Positions 28,996-39,838 of a DNA stretch of 64,000 nt are shown here, piece after piece (position 1 is the stretch's first letter; each line of letters opens with the position of its first letter). This DNA comes from Acidobacteriota bacterium (GTDB lineage Bacteria > Acidobacteriota > UBA6911): contig JBEKIX010000005.1 of NCBI GenBank assembly GCA_050011535.1, forward strand, positions 1,347 through 65,346, written 5' to 3'. Both the position numbers and the translations under genes were made by a program. Below the pieces are notes generated by a model. It worked only from the letters and a program-made list of their open reading frames with translations, searched no databases and had not been told where the DNA came from.

Positions 28996-29697
28996 ATGGG
29001 CGGGATTGCGGACAATATACAGCTTATTCGGGACCGGATAGCGGCGGCCGCCCTGGCTTGCGGCCGGCAGCCGCAAGAGATCACGCTGGTAGCGGTCAGC
29101 AAGAATTTTCCGGCGGAGTGCATCCATGAGGCCATTGCCGCGGGGCAATTTCACTTCGGCGAAAATCGCGTGCAAGAGGCGGAATCCAAGATCCCCGGTT
29201 TCCGCGCGACGCCGGATCTGCATTGGCACATGATCGGGCACCTGCAGTCCAACAAGGCGCAGCGCGCCGCCGAGCTTTTCGACGTGATCCACTCGGTGGA
29301 TTCGGTCAAGCTGGCCCGAAGGCTGAGCCAGGCCTCGGTTTCCCTGGGGAAGATCATCCCGATTCTGATCCAGGTGGATCTGGGACACGAAGAGACCAAG
29401 TTCGGCGCTGAGAGTCGCGAGGTCGCCGACATTACGAATGCTATTCTGAATCTCCAGGGGCTGCGCCTGGACGGGCTCATGACCATACCTCCATATTTCG
29501 AGGAGCCGGACCACGCGCGGCCTTATTTCGCCGCCTTGCGGGAACTGAGCCTTTCGCTTGCCAGGGAAATGCCGGGCTGTCTCGGGCGCGGGGATCTTTC
29601 CATGGGGATGAGCCATGACTTCGAGGCCGCCATCCAGGAAGGCGCGACTATTGTTCGCATCGGCACCGCCATTTTCGGAGAGCGCTCCCGTGGATAG
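28996..29697 (+). CDS. yggS: YggS family pyridoxal-phosphate homeostasis protein
   Basis: VAVSKNFP ... HMIGHLQSNK ... MGMSHDF signature blocks of the COG0325 alanine-racemase-fold protein. Confidence 0.9.
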   Translation: MGGIADNIQLIRDRIAAAALACGRQPQEITLVAVSKNFPAECIHEAIAAGQFHFGENRVQEAESKIPGFRATPDLHWHMIGHLQSNKAQRAAELFDVIHSVDSVKLARRLSQASVSLGKIIPILIQVDLGHEETKFGAESREVADITNAILNLQGLRLDGLMTIPPYFEEPDHARPYFAALRELSLSLAREMPGCLGRGDLSMGMSHDFEAAIQEGATIVRIGTAIFGERSRG

Positions 29698-29986
29698 CGG
29701 CGGCTGCCGGATCAGGGAAACGGCTGAGGGCCTGGAAGTGCCTCTGCACGTCCAGCCGCGAGCACGCCGCACCGAGCTCGTCGGAATTCACAACGGCGCG
29801 TTGAAACTGAAGATCTCAGCCCCTCCGGTGGACGACGCCGCGAACCGTGCCGTGGTGGAGTTCTTTTCCAAACTGATGGGGATCCCCAGATCCCGAATCC
29901 GGATTATTGCCGGCCTGAAATCGAGGGACAAAGTCCTGCGCATCTCCGGCGCATCTCTCCTCAATCTCCAGGCACTCCTCCCATAA
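29690..29986 (+). CDS. DUF167 (YggU-like) protein
   Basis: LHVQPRARRTELVGIHNGALKLKISAPPVDDAANRAVVEFFSKLMGIP matches DUF167. GTG start overlaps the yggS stop by 8 nt. Confidence 0.7.
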   Translation: MDSGGCRIRETAEGLEVPLHVQPRARRTELVGIHNGALKLKISAPPVDDAANRAVVEFFSKLMGIPRSRIRIIAGLKSRDKVLRISGASLLNLQALLP

Positions 29987-30196
29987 ACTTCGGGGTGTGC
30001 AACCCAAGAGCGCTGATGCCGGAGGCTTGTGAATTACCTGTGAAAATGGTTTTCAATTCACCTTGTTATCCATAGCAATGAAACAACTTGCGTGGATCTT
30101 TATGAACGTGGGGGTTTTGTGCATAACTTCGAGTGCATGCCGCGCGGGCCATCCAAGGTAAACAGATACACCGGAGGATCGCGGGCAAATTCACTC

Positions 30197-30466
30197 TCAG
30201 ATCTCGACCAGATGCAGGTGGCCTTGGCGGCGATGTTCCTTGAGTACGCGTTGCGCTTCCAGAGCCAGAGCGGCGGGGACAAAGATGCGGATTTCAGTCA
30301 GTCCTTCGCCGGATACGGGATAGAGCTGCTGCGGATGTTCAGATGAATAATGGCAGGGAATACCGTAGCTTTCCAACAGGCTCTTGATTACGGACGCCTC
30401 GCTCGACTTCCCGGTGGTCGTGACCACCACGGGGGCCTCGCTGTTGCTACCCATTTCGCCGCCCAT
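30197..30466 (-). CDS. DUF2007-like small protein (putative signal-transducing, PII-like fold)
   Basis: VVVTTTGKSSEASVIKSLLESYGIPCHY ... IRIFVPAALALEAQRVLKEH fits the DUF2007 pattern. Confidence 0.5.
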   Translation of the reverse strand: MGGEMGSNSEAPVVVTTTGKSSEASVIKSLLESYGIPCHYSSEHPQQLYPVSGEGLTEIRIFVPAALALEAQRVLKEHRRQGHLHLVEI

Positions 30467-30498
30467 TCGACCCTACTTCTTGAAAGGGTCCTCGAATC

Positions 30499-31380
30499 TC
30501 ACCTGGAATCCGGCGGCATGGTCTTTTTTGGCGCCCCCTGTGGAATTGTTTTTGGCCCTTTCTTTCGCTGAAAAGCCTGGAATTCATAGGTTACCCCTAT
30601 CTTCAGCCCCGAGCCAGGACTGAAGTGCTTGAGGCCGGCGAGGCCGGCGACATCCCAGCGCAGTCCTGCCGCATGCACACGCGCGCCCAGGAGAGCCTGA
30701 GAAAGACTCTCGTTGCCGACGCGCGGCGGTCCCTGGCGCCCGTTCACCTCTCCGACCAGTTCCAGCTTGTTTCTCACCGGAAGAACGAATGCGGCGCCGT
30801 AGGTGAGCAAATCGGCCTGCGTATTGGGAATGATAGAGGATCCGAGAATCGCCATGCCGATGTTTCCAATCACCTCTGCCTTGCCGAAGTGCTTGGCGAC
30901 GAGGGTGCGCGCATAAAACTCCGTCTCGTCGGCGCCCAGCCCGCTTTCATTTGTGGCATTCGGGAGCTGAACGGCAAACTTGAATGAAATCGCCGGACGC
31001 TTCGCGCTTTCACCCGCGAGCTTCAGTTTCGTGCCCAGAATAATGTCGCCGAAATCGCTGGTGGAATTGCCGGCGAACGTGGGGGGGATGACTGGAGTCG
31101 TCCGGTTCGCCACAGTCAAAAAGTCGCGAAAAACGCCCGAGATTTGGAATTCCGCGTATTCCCCGACGCCGACGCGCACGGAGGTTACACCGAGCCGCAT
31201 CAGGTCCCCTTCAAGACCCGACAACGTGTAAAGTTGCCGGTGGTAAAATTCGACCCCGAAGTCGGCGTGGACGATGCCTAAGGACAGCAGTTCGGGATTC
31301 TCGGTGACAAGCGGACGATCTTGCCCGAAGGCAGGAGCAGCTACTAACACTAGAGCCAGGAGTGCCACCTTTGTACGCAC
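30499..31380 (-). CDS. putative outer-membrane beta-barrel protein
   Basis: GTG start with a GGAGG RBS and signal peptide VRTKVALLALVLVAAPAFGQ, then alternating amphipathic beta-strands, ending ...GVTYEF. Confidence 0.6.
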   Translation of the reverse strand: MRTKVALLALVLVAAPAFGQDRPLVTENPELLSLGIVHADFGVEFYHRQLYTLSGLEGDLMRLGVTSVRVGVGEYAEFQISGVFRDFLTVANRTTPVIPPTFAGNSTSDFGDIILGTKLKLAGESAKRPAISFKFAVQLPNATNESGLGADETEFYARTLVAKHFGKAEVIGNIGMAILGSSIIPNTQADLLTYGAAFVLPVRNKLELVGEVNGRQGPPRVGNESLSQALLGARVHAAGLRWDVAGLAGLKHFSPGSGLKIGVTYEFQAFQRKKGPKTIPQGAPKKTMPPDSR

Positions 31381-31458
31381 TTGCCCTCCTCTATCGAAGA
31401 CCTGCAAGAATGACTCCCCGACAGTGCCATTCATGCCGGCTAAAGGTCTGATGATACC

Positions 31459-32202
31459 CTATCGCCGCGGGTTATCCAGGAGGAACTGGAGAATCGCAGA
31501 GGCTGCAAGAGCCGCAGTTTCGGCTCGCAGAACTCTCGGTCCGATGCTGACGATTCGGAAACCGGCTTCTCCGGCTGCACGGGTTTCCGTTTCTTCCCAT
31601 CCGCCCTCAGGACCTACACAAAGCAGAACCTTTTTTGGTGTGAAGTCCGCCGCGTTCAGGCGCTCGTTCGCCCTTTCGTGAAGCATGAATCGGGCATACC
31701 CTGCATGCTCAGTTGATGTCAAGAGTGCATCAAACGCCAACGGTGGCCGGATCTTCGGAACCGTGAGCCTCCTGCTTTGCCTGGAAGCTTCCCGGAGAAT
31801 GCGATCCCAGCGTTCCAGACGGGCTTCGAGCCGCGACGCCGGGATGCGCACGGAACAGAAACGAGTCTCGAGAGGAAGAAATTGATCTACTCCCAGCTCG
31901 GTTCCCTTTTGCAGCATCCACTCGAACCGGTCCAGCTTTATGAGGGCGGCAGCGAGCACGAATGTAGTGCCGGATTGTGCGGTGGAATCAAGTCGCGCGA
32001 GGGAGGCAATATGGGTCTCTTTGCCCAGGAACTCAACCCGGCCTGAGTAAGCGTGGCCCTCTCCATCGAACACTTCGACCTCATCGCCGGCACTGAGACG
32101 CAGGACGGCGCGCAGGTGATGGGCCTGCTCGGGTCCGAGGACGGCTGCTCCGTCCAGGATTTGATCTTTCAGGATGAAGAAGCGCCTTCGGGACATAGGC
32201 AC
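31459..32202 (-). CDS. rsmE: 16S rRNA (uracil1498-N3)-methyltransferase
   Basis: RFF N-terminal PUA-like start and the C-terminal LLCVGPEGGWEE ... SIGPRVLRAETAALAA SPOUT motif. Confidence 0.9.
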   Translation of the reverse strand: MPMSRRRFFILKDQILDGAAVLGPEQAHHLRAVLRLSAGDEVEVFDGEGHAYSGRVEFLGKETHIASLARLDSTAQSGTTFVLAAALIKLDRFEWMLQKGTELGVDQFLPLETRFCSVRIPASRLEARLERWDRILREASRQSRRLTVPKIRPPLAFDALLTSTEHAGYARFMLHERANERLNAADFTPKKVLLCVGPEGGWEETETRAAGEAGFRIVSIGPRVLRAETAALAASAILQFLLDNPRR

Positions 32203-32205
32203 CGA

Positions 32206-33327
32206 CTACCCGAAGATATCTTTTACTTTCTCGAATATGTTTCGTTCGTGAGAGCTTTCGTCGTCTTTGTTCAGGCTCGCCAGGCTTTCATACAATTGGC
32301 GTTGCTCTCTGCTGAGGTTCGAGGGAATAACCACATTGACCGTGACGAACTGATCTCCACGCCCCCGCTCGTTCAAACTGACTATGCCTTTGTTGCGCAG
32401 CCTGAATACGGTGCCTCCTTGCGTTCCTTCGGGAAGCTTCAGCTTCTCCTCGCCTTCGAGGGTGGGCACGGCGACGTCGGCGCCGAGAACGGCCTGTGTG
32501 ATTCCAATGGGTATCTGGCAGTAAATGTTGTTCCCCTGGCGCTGGAAAAACGGGTGCTCTTCAACGAGGATGACCACATAGAGATCGCCCGCCGGTCCGC
32601 CTCGTCCACCCGCCTCACCTTCTCCCTGAATACGCAGCCGCGAGCCGTTGTCCACGCCCGCGGGAATCTTCAGCTCGAGCACTCTTTCTTTCCGCACGAG
32701 GCCGCGGCCATGACAAGCGTCGCAAGGGTCGCGAATAATCCGTCCTTCACCATTACATTGATGGCAAGCGCGGCTGATGGAAAAAAAGCCCTGCTGATAA
32801 CGTACCTGGCCGGCGCCCTTGCATGTCGGGCAGGTCACGGCGCTCTTTCCCTTCGTGGCACCGCTTCCCCCGCATGCGCTACAGGTTTCCTGGCGCGGAA
32901 TCTTGATTTTTGTCTTGAGGCCGAAGGCGGCATCTCGAAAAGAGATCTTGAGGTCGTAGCGAAGGTCCGCGCCGCGTTCGGGCCCATGACGACGCCTGGA
33001 CCCGCCGAAGAGGTCTCCAAACCCGAAAAAGTCTCCGAGTATGTCGCCAAAATCGCTGAAGATCGCGGGATCGAAACCGCTGAAACCGCCCTGCATGCCG
33101 CTGTGTCCAAAACGATCGTACCGGGCGCGTTTTTCCGGATCGCTCAAGACGCTGTACGCCTCGGCGGCCTCCTTAAACTTCTCCTCGGCTTCTTTGGATC
33201 CCGGGTTTTTATCGGGGTGGTATTTGACGGCGAGCCTGCGATATGCGCTCTTGATCTCCTGATCGGAGGTATCTCGGGAAACACCGAGCACCTCGTAGTA
33301 GTCTCTCTTCTGGTTCAAACGACTCAC
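32206..33327 (-). CDS. dnaJ: molecular chaperone DnaJ
   Basis: J-domain HPD (KYHPDKNPG), G/F region, four CxxCxGxG zinc repeats. Confidence 0.97.
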   Translation of the reverse strand: MSRLNQKRDYYEVLGVSRDTSDQEIKSAYRRLAVKYHPDKNPGSKEAEEKFKEAAEAYSVLSDPEKRARYDRFGHSGMQGGFSGFDPAIFSDFGDILGDFFGFGDLFGGSRRRHGPERGADLRYDLKISFRDAAFGLKTKIKIPRQETCSACGGSGATKGKSAVTCPTCKGAGQVRYQQGFFSISRACHQCNGEGRIIRDPCDACHGRGLVRKERVLELKIPAGVDNGSRLRIQGEGEAGGRGGPAGDLYVVILVEEHPFFQRQGNNIYCQIPIGITQAVLGADVAVPTLEGEEKLKLPEGTQGGTVFRLRNKGIVSLNERGRGDQFVTVNVVIPSNLSREQRQLYESLASLNKDDESSHERNIFEKVKDIFG

Positions 33328-33333
33328 TCCACG

Positions 33334-35250
33334 CTACGGTTTTTTCCCGTTCGCCTCGTCCAGGGCAGATTTCATCAGTCTTTGCAGGTCCTGTTCCTCG
33401 ACATCCGCATCCGGATCCTTCTGAGGCTGGGCACCGGCGTCGGCGGGCAGGTTGAGCATTGCCGCCGTCAACTTCGCGGCTCCCGATTCCAGCTCCGTTA
33501 GCAGGTCCCTGAAAACACCCGGGTTCGCCTCTTTCTCAGGCAGCGATCTTGTTTTCAGGATCGCTTCTTTAATGGATGCCTGGTCTACATTGCTCAGAAG
33601 CCAGCCGAACTCCCCGAAACTCCTGGCAATCGTAGCAACATGGCCCTGAATGCGGTTGCGCAACTCCGCGCACTCCTTCAGTCTTCGATCGCCCTCGGCA
33701 AACTGGCGTGCTTCGAAGATCATCTGATCGATTTCTTCCTTGCTTAGTCCCGTCGAAGGCGTGATGCGGACGACTTGTTCCTTTCCAGAAACCTTGTCGC
33801 GCGCCGACACGCTCACGATTCCGTTGGCGTCGATGTCGAAGCTGACCTCGATTTGCGGCGCTCCACGGGGCGCTGGGGAGATGCCGACCAGCTCGAAACG
33901 AGCCAACGAGCGGTTGAATTGTACCAAATCACGTTCGCCCTGATAAACGTGCACTTCCACGGCGGATTGGTTGTCGGCTACGGTGGTAAAGACCGTCGTC
34001 TTTCTCAGGGGAATGGTCGAGTTATGCTCGACGATCCGCGCGAATAGCCCGCCTTGGGTTTCCACACCCAGCGTAAGTGGCAACACGTCCAGGAGAACGA
34101 TGTCTTTCAACTCGCCGTCGAGTACGCCGCCCTGCAAGGCGGCCCCTACGGCGACGACCTCATCAGGATTCATTTCCGCGGAGGGTTGCTTCCCGAATAT
34201 CTTCGCCACATGCCGTTGAACCGCGGGCGTACGCGTCTGCCCGCCTACCAGGATGACCTTGTCGATCTCGGCAGGCTTGAGTCCCGCGTCTTTCAGCGCC
34301 TGCTCGCAGTAAGAGGTCGTGCGCTCGATCAATACCTGGACCAGAGACTCAAACTTCGCGCGCGTGAGAACTTTGTCGAAGTGCTTGGGGCCCTTGGCAT
34401 CTCCGGCGATGAAGGGGAGATTGATGTGTGTTTCCACCATGGTGGAAAGCTCGCACTTCGCTTTTTCGGCCGTTTCCTTGAGCCTTTGGCGCGCGAGTAT
34501 ATCCTCGCCGAGGTGGATGCCGCACTCGGCTTCAAACTCGCCAATCATCCATTCCATGATGCGCTGGTCGAAATCTTCGCCGCCGAGAAAGCTGTCGCCG
34601 CAGGTCGAAAGCACCTCGAAAATGCCTTTGTTCAATTCGAGGATCGAGATGTCGAAAGTTCCCCCTCCCAAGTCGAAAATCGCTACGCGCTCCCGTTCCT
34701 TCTTTCCCAGTCCATAAGCCAGCGCGGCCGCGGTCGGTTCGTTGATGATACGTCTCACATCGAGCCCGGCTATCCGGCCGGCATCCTTTGTGGCCTGGCG
34801 CTGCGAATCATCAAAGTAGGCGGGCACCGTGATGATCGCTTCCGTTACCGTTTCGTTGGTGAATTCCTCCGCCATTTTCTTCAGGTACTGCAGAAGCATG
34901 GCGGAGATCTCTGGAGGGCTGTAGTCCTTGCCCTGGATTGAGATGCGAACGTCTCCCTTATCTGAAGCGGCAAGCTTGTAGGAGAGGTACGATTTAAGCC
35001 TCTGAACTTCCGGGGAGTCAAATCTGCGACCCATGAGACGCTTAACGGCATAGACTGTATTCCCGGCATTCGTCACCATCTGGCGCTTGGCGATCTGGCC
35101 AAGCAGCCGATCGCCTTTTCCAGCGAAGGCAACGATTGAGGGAGTAGTCCTGCCCCCCAAGCTGTTGGGCACAATTTGAACCGCGGAGCCCTCGAGGACA
35201 GCAACACACGAGTTGGTCGTGCCGAGATCAATTCCGATGGTTTTGGCCAT
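33334..35250 (-). CDS. dnaK: molecular chaperone DnaK
   Basis: [22 protein letters not shown] and [11 protein letters not shown] Hsp70 signatures. Confidence 0.98.
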   Translation of the reverse strand: MAKTIGIDLGTTNSCVAVLEGSAVQIVPNSLGGRTTPSIVAFAGKGDRLLGQIAKRQMVTNAGNTVYAVKRLMGRRFDSPEVQRLKSYLSYKLAASDKGDVRISIQGKDYSPPEISAMLLQYLKKMAEEFTNETVTEAIITVPAYFDDSQRQATKDAGRIAGLDVRRIINEPTAAALAYGLGKKERERVAIFDLGGGTFDISILELNKGIFEVLSTCGDSFLGGEDFDQRIMEWMIGEFEAECGIHLGEDILARQRLKETAEKAKCELSTMVETHINLPFIAGDAKGPKHFDKVLTRAKFESLVQVLIERTTSYCEQALKDAGLKPAEIDKVILVGGQTRTPAVQRHVAKIFGKQPSAEMNPDEVVAVGAALQGGVLDGELKDIVLLDVLPLTLGVETQGGLFARIVEHNSTIPLRKTTVFTTVADNQSAVEVHVYQGERDLVQFNRSLARFELVGISPAPRGAPQIEVSFDIDANGIVSVSARDKVSGKEQVVRITPSTGLSKEEIDQMIFEARQFAEGDRRLKECAELRNRIQGHVATIARSFGEFGWLLSNVDQASIKEAILKTRSLPEKEANPGVFRDLLTELESGAAKLTAAMLNLPADAGAQPQKDPDADVEEQDLQRLMKSALDEANGKKP

Positions 35251-35256
35251 GTTTCA

Positions 35257-35880
35257 CTATTGAGTGGCGCCTTCGTTGGTTTTTAGCCGGATATTGCTGG
35301 CGACAACCACCTGTGCCGGCCTGAGCAGGTGGTCCTTGAAAAGATAGCCGCGCCTAAGTTCCTCGATGACCGTATTGTCTTCGAATTCCAGTGTTTCCTC
35401 GCGAGTCAACGCCTCATGAAAATGGGGATCGAATTTGTGCCCTTTGGCTTCGATGGGAATTACCCCCAGACGGCTAATAGTATCGACCAGCTGTTTGTAG
35501 ATGAGCTCCACACCTTCCCGATATTTCCGCAAGGTTGCCGCCTGTCCGGTCTCTTCCTGGAAGCTTTTCAACGCCCGTTCGCACCCATCTAGGATTGGCA
35601 AGAATTCCTCGATTACCGAGCTCATCACCAGCGTCGTCGTCTCCGCGCGCTCTCGATCGCTGCGCTTGCGGTAATTCTCAAATTCGGCCGCTTTGCGCAG
35701 AAATCGGTCTCGCCACTGATCCGCGTCGGCTTTTGCTGCCGCCAGGTCTGCCTGGAGCTGCACCGACTCGTCCTCCCGGGTTCCCTGCGTCCCGGAATCC
35801 GACTCATCCGACACGGCGGCCTTCTGTTCAGGAGCCGCCTCAGGGACGTCCGGCACATTGTTGGTCATCTTCGAAGTCAT
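35257..35880 (-). CDS. grpE: nucleotide exchange factor GrpE
   Basis: Coiled-coil N-terminus and C-terminal GrpE beta-domain (GHKFDPHFHEA). Confidence 0.93.
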   Translation of the reverse strand: MTSKMTNNVPDVPEAAPEQKAAVSDESDSGTQGTREDESVQLQADLAAAKADADQWRDRFLRKAAEFENYRKRSDRERAETTTLVMSSVIEEFLPILDGCERALKSFQEETGQAATLRKYREGVELIYKQLVDTISRLGVIPIEAKGHKFDPHFHEALTREETLEFEDNTVIEELRRGYLFKDHLLRPAQVVVASNIRLKTNEGATQ

Positions 35881-36947
35881 ACTCGCGTTCCTTCACTGCC
35901 CATGACACGGCCAAAAATCCTGGCTACATATTCGACCAGGGATATGGCCCGGGCATATTCCATGCGGGTAGGACCCAGAATCCCAAGAGATCCGATGGTC
36001 CTTTCATCCACGACATACCTCGAGGCGATCAGCGTGCAGTCCTCCACGCCGGGAAGAGCGTTTTCAGTTCCGATCGTGATACGCACCTCCTGGGTGTCGC
36101 CATGTATGCATTCGGATATGAGGGTCGCCAGCCGGCTCCTATGCTCGATGGTCTCAAAAAGGACCCTCATCCTTGTAATATCGGAGAACTCAGGATTCTT
36201 GATTAGATTTGAGGCGCCATCCAGATAAACCTCGGATTCGGATTCTTCGGCAGTCTCCGAGAAAGTCTCGGCGCTCAGCAGGATCACGCGACGTACAAGC
36301 TGGTCGTAGCGCGCCTTCTCCTCCCGTATCATTTTTGACAATAGCAATTTGATCTCTTTGAGCGTCTTATCTTTGAAGTGGTCGACGATGTAGCGCGCCG
36401 CCTGATCGAGTTCCGTCTGGCTGAACTCCTCTGTGGGATGGATGACTCGGTTTTGCACGATTCCCGACTTCGATACCAGGATGATCAGGATCCGATTATC
36501 CGACAGCTTCATGAACTGGATGTGTTGGAGTGCCACTTGGCTGATGGGGGGCGAAACCACGATTCCCAGGTTTTGAGACACATGAGAAAGAACCTGGCAA
36601 GTGCGCGTCATGAGCTGATCCGGGTTGTCTTGCGACATCAGGCTGCGATCGATCAACTGGCGTTCCCCAAGCGAGATCTCCTGCTTTTCCAGCATATAAT
36701 CGACATAGAGGCGGTAAGCCTTGTCCGTCGGAATTCGCCCGGCAGAGGGGTGCGGTTGACGCAGATAGCCCATCTCCTCCAGGTCCGCCATGATATTGCG
36801 CACCGTGGCAGGGCTCAGATGCTCGTGGCTCCGGCGGGCGACGGTGCGGGAACCCACCGGCCTACCCGTGGCTACAAAGGTCGAGATCGCCCATTGGAGG
36901 ATCTCGCGAGATCGTTCATCGAGGCTAAGGCCGGGTTTGGCATCCAT
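35877..36947 (-). CDS. hrcA: heat-inducible transcription repressor HrcA
   Basis: N-terminal winged helix (RSREILQWAISTFVATGRPVGSR) and C-terminal HrcA domain. A 4-bp overlap with grpE. Confidence 0.93.
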   Translation of the reverse strand: MDAKPGLSLDERSREILQWAISTFVATGRPVGSRTVARRSHEHLSPATVRNIMADLEEMGYLRQPHPSAGRIPTDKAYRLYVDYMLEKQEISLGERQLIDRSLMSQDNPDQLMTRTCQVLSHVSQNLGIVVSPPISQVALQHIQFMKLSDNRILIILVSKSGIVQNRVIHPTEEFSQTELDQAARYIVDHFKDKTLKEIKLLLSKMIREEKARYDQLVRRVILLSAETFSETAEESESEVYLDGASNLIKNPEFSDITRMRVLFETIEHRSRLATLISECIHGDTQEVRITIGTENALPGVEDCTLIASRYVVDERTIGSLGILGPTRMEYARAISLVEYVARIFGRVMGSEGTRV

Positions 36948-37045
36948 AAGATATTGACCGATTTCAATTTCCTCGGATTTTCCCGCTTGGGCAGCGGTGG
37001 TAGCGAGATATGTCCACTCTATCTCCAGACTCCTCCCACGGAAAC

Positions 37046-37073
37046 ATTATAATATGCCACAAGTCAAAGTCAA
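37046..37073 (-). promoter_or_regulatory. sigma70-type promoter of the hrcA operon (TTGACT-16-TATAAT)
   Basis: The minus strand reads TTGACTTGTGGCATATTATAAT about 100 nt upstream of the hrcA start. Confidence 0.55.
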
Positions 37074-37126
37074 CCAAGCCTTTATCTGCGGTCGAGATAC
37101 TGCAACTACAACCCGGGGAGCATGTC

Positions 37127-37295
37127 CATAAGCGCTAACTTAAGCCGTTACCCCCACCTGGACTTGGACCTAGACTTGGTCTTGGACTTGGACGTTCTTG
37201 TGCTAGACACATTTTCGAGAACCTCCTGCTTGGGAAACTTCACGTCAGGAAGGATAGTCCACGTCCACGTCGAGGTCCAAGTCCACGTCGAAGAG
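37127..37295. repeat. hexamer-periodic foldback repeat, copy B
   Basis: Leader CATAAGCGCTAACTTAAGCCGTTACCCCCAC, arm (CTGGAC/TTGGAC)x6, GTTCTTG-N15-CGAGAAC mini-hairpin, inverted arm (GTCCAC/GTCGAG/GTCCAA). Sits immediately upstream of the hrcA promoter. Confidence 0.7.
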
Positions 37296-37353
37296 CTACA
37301 GCGAGCATATCTTGGCGCCGAGATGAGCTTACGCCCTGAGCTGCTGCTACTTT

Positions 37354-38343
37354 CTAAAACTGAAACTCCGTTCCTATACCTCGTCTGGCAGCTTCGTCGA
37401 AAACGGCTTTGGCGGCCGAGACATCCTGGATTGCCAATCCCACGGATTTGAAAAGTGTGAGATCTTCCGCCGATGTTCTTCCGGGAACCTTACCGAGGAT
37501 GACATCTCCCAGATCGCCGGCGACCTTATCCCAAGTCCATGTACCTTCTTGTGCTGGGATCAGGAAATCCCCAGCCTCGGCTTTGCAGGCCGCCGTGAGA
37601 TCGCACACGATCCGGCTGCGATGCACGGTGAGCGTGTCGAGCTCGCGCATCTTCGGGGTATGAGAGCCAATGCCGTTGATGTGCGTCCCGTTTCTGAACC
37701 AGCTGCCCTCGACGATCGGTTCCGAGGCGCTCGTGGCAAGCACCACGATCTCCGCCTGTCGCACGGCCCCGGCTGGATCGCGTGCCAGTTCGACGGGGAC
37801 TCCGGTTTTTTCCGTGACCTTGCGGGCAAAAGCCAGCCGGGCATCTTCGGAATCCACCGACCAGACCAACAGCTTGCGGAGTGGCCTCGCCTCGTGAATC
37901 GCCAGCACCTGGGTAAATGCTTGCACTCCAGAGCCGAAGATCATGCCGACGCTTGCCTCCGGTCTGGCCATGTATTTCGTGGCAACGCCGGCGACGGCGC
38001 CTGTACGCATGGCGGTGAGGAACCCGCCGTCCATTATTGAAATGGGAAATCCCGTATCCTCATCGAGAAGGAGGATGGTTCCCAGCACCGAGGGCAGGCC
38101 GTGCTTTTTAACATTGTCCTTGTAGACCGTCACCACTTTGGTCCCGAGGGCTCCCAGGTTTCGAATGTACGCGGGCATAAATAGCGCCAATCCAGCCTTT
38201 TCGGGCAGTGCGATCGGCGTGCGCTGCGGCATGGAGGCATCGCCCTGAGCAAGGCCGGCGAACGCTTTTTCCACTGCCTCCATGCACATCTTCATTGTGA
38301 AGAAGCTCTCCATTTCCTTGCGCGACAGAAGTAGGGTTTTCAT
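37354..38343 (-). CDS. ornithine cyclodeaminase/mu-crystallin family protein
   Basis: Rossmann GSGVQA motif and an OCD-family N-terminal region. Confidence 0.85.
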   Translation of the reverse strand: MKTLLLSRKEMESFFTMKMCMEAVEKAFAGLAQGDASMPQRTPIALPEKAGLALFMPAYIRNLGALGTKVVTVYKDNVKKHGLPSVLGTILLLDEDTGFPISIMDGGFLTAMRTGAVAGVATKYMARPEASVGMIFGSGVQAFTQVLAIHEARPLRKLLVWSVDSEDARLAFARKVTEKTGVPVELARDPAGAVRQAEIVVLATSASEPIVEGSWFRNGTHINGIGSHTPKMRELDTLTVHRSRIVCDLTAACKAEAGDFLIPAQEGTWTWDKVAGDLGDVILGKVPGRTSAEDLTLFKSVGLAIQDVSAAKAVFDEAARRGIGTEFQF

Positions 38344-38430
38344 GGCACCTCCGAAACGATTGAAGGGTGACGATTGACGAATGCCGGGCGACGGGTTCCT
38401 GCATCATCACCCGTCATTCGCCACGATTGA

Positions 38431-39633
38431 TCAGGCTCGAGCGTGCTTGCGGCCGTGCTGGGTCATGAACTTTTCCAGCCGGTCAAACGCCTCTTCCAGA
38501 ATCTCTTCCTGGGGGAGAAAAACGATCCGCATGTGGCGGGTACCTGGCCGTTGGCCGAACCCGCCGCCGTGCACCACGACCACTCCGGTCTCCTGGATAA
38601 GATCTCCAACGAATTCCTCGTCCGGCTGTTCGATGTGAAGACGTGGAAAGGCATAAAAGGCAGCCGTCGGCTTCACACAGGAAATGCCGGGTATGGCGTT
38701 CAAGCGGCGGTGGGTGATGTCGCGCCGGCGGCGGAGCTTCGCCTTCACTTCCGCAAGGTGATCCTGAGGACCTTCGAGCGCCGGCTTGACAGCATATTGC
38801 AGCGGTGTCACCGCGCACAAACGGGCTCTGAGACACTTGTTGACGGCCTCGATGTACTCCGACATCATCGCTTGCTTCCCTGTCACGATCGCCCAGCCGA
38901 TGCGGAACCCGGGCACCAGGTAACTCTTGGCAAGTCCGTTAAACGTGACTATTGGCGCCTCATCCGAGAGCGATGCGATCGAAATGCTGTCCTCGCCGTC
39001 AAGCACCAGCTTGTCGTAGATCTCGTCCGAGAAGATCATGAGATTGTGCTTCAGACTGAGGTTAACGATCTCCTCGAGGACCTCCCTCGAGTACCTGGAG
39101 CCGGTAGGATTGTTGGGGTTGATCAGAACCAGGGCACGCGTTCGCGGGGAGATCTTTTTCTTCATATCGGCAATATCCGGTTCCCAGTTGTTCTCCTCGT
39201 CGAGGTAATAGGGAACGTTTTGCGCCTGCAGTTTCCCGAGAACGGCCGTGTAAAGCGGATACCCCGGAGACGGCGTCAGTATCTCGTCCCCCGGATTCAG
39301 CAAAGCCGTCAGGCAAAGCTCGATGCCTTCGGAGGCGCCGGAAGTGACGAACAGATCGAGCCAGCTCTTGATTCCCTTTCGTCTGGCGGCATTGCCGATC
39401 GCGTCGCGAGCTTCCTGGACCCCTGACGAATTTGCATAGCCCGTGTGATTATCGAGCAGCGCTTTATAGCATGCTTCGATCATGTGCGGCGGCGTTTTGT
39501 AGTCGAACACCATCGGGTCGCCGATGTTGAGATAGAGGAGCTGCTTTCCTGCGGCTTTCGCCTGTTCCGCTTTTTTCAAAATGTCGCGAATCGCGTATTC
39601 GACTTTTTGCGTGCGCTCCGCAGGATGGATCAT
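38431..39633 (-). CDS. pyridoxal-phosphate-dependent aminotransferase (class I/II, AlaA-like)
   Basis: NPNNPTG and SLSKSY-like (GLAKSY) PLP lysine motifs. Confidence 0.9.
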   Translation of the reverse strand: MIHPAERTQKVEYAIRDILKKAEQAKAAGKQLLYLNIGDPMVFDYKTPPHMIEACYKALLDNHTGYANSSGVQEARDAIGNAARRKGIKSWLDLFVTSGASEGIELCLTALLNPGDEILTPSPGYPLYTAVLGKLQAQNVPYYLDEENNWEPDIADMKKKISPRTRALVLINPNNPTGSRYSREVLEEIVNLSLKHNLMIFSDEIYDKLVLDGEDSISIASLSDEAPIVTFNGLAKSYLVPGFRIGWAIVTGKQAMMSEYIEAVNKCLRARLCAVTPLQYAVKPALEGPQDHLAEVKAKLRRRRDITHRRLNAIPGISCVKPTAAFYAFPRLHIEQPDEEFVGDLIQETGVVVVHGGGFGQRPGTRHMRIVFLPQEEILEEAFDRLEKFMTQHGRKHARA

Positions 39634-39838
39634 CGGAATCTCCTTCTAGATGGCCCCATGGGTACGCTATCCGCAGCGGATCTTGAGCAGCACCGGGGCG
39701 ATTGAAGGCTCAGCATAGCCCTTTCAAACGGCAATTTCAAATCACGTGTCAAAACTGGGGGTGCGCATTGCGAGAGGGCTGTGACGCGCGCCAATTTTTG
39801 ACTGAAAGGGAATCTGCCAGCAGGGAGGAAGGAGATGA

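Noticed and set aside
30001-30040. Nested palindrome TGAATT-N5-TGAAAATGGTTTTCA-ATTCA between convergent yggU-like and DUF2007 genes
   Set aside because: Located between two convergent stops in an AT-rich 200-bp gap. Most simply a bidirectional terminator, and nothing else distinguishes it.
30092-30346. 84-aa plus-strand ORF overlapping the DUF2007 gene
   Set aside because: Antisense to a minus-strand ORF with a recognisable DUF2007 pattern. No RBS and no motifs.
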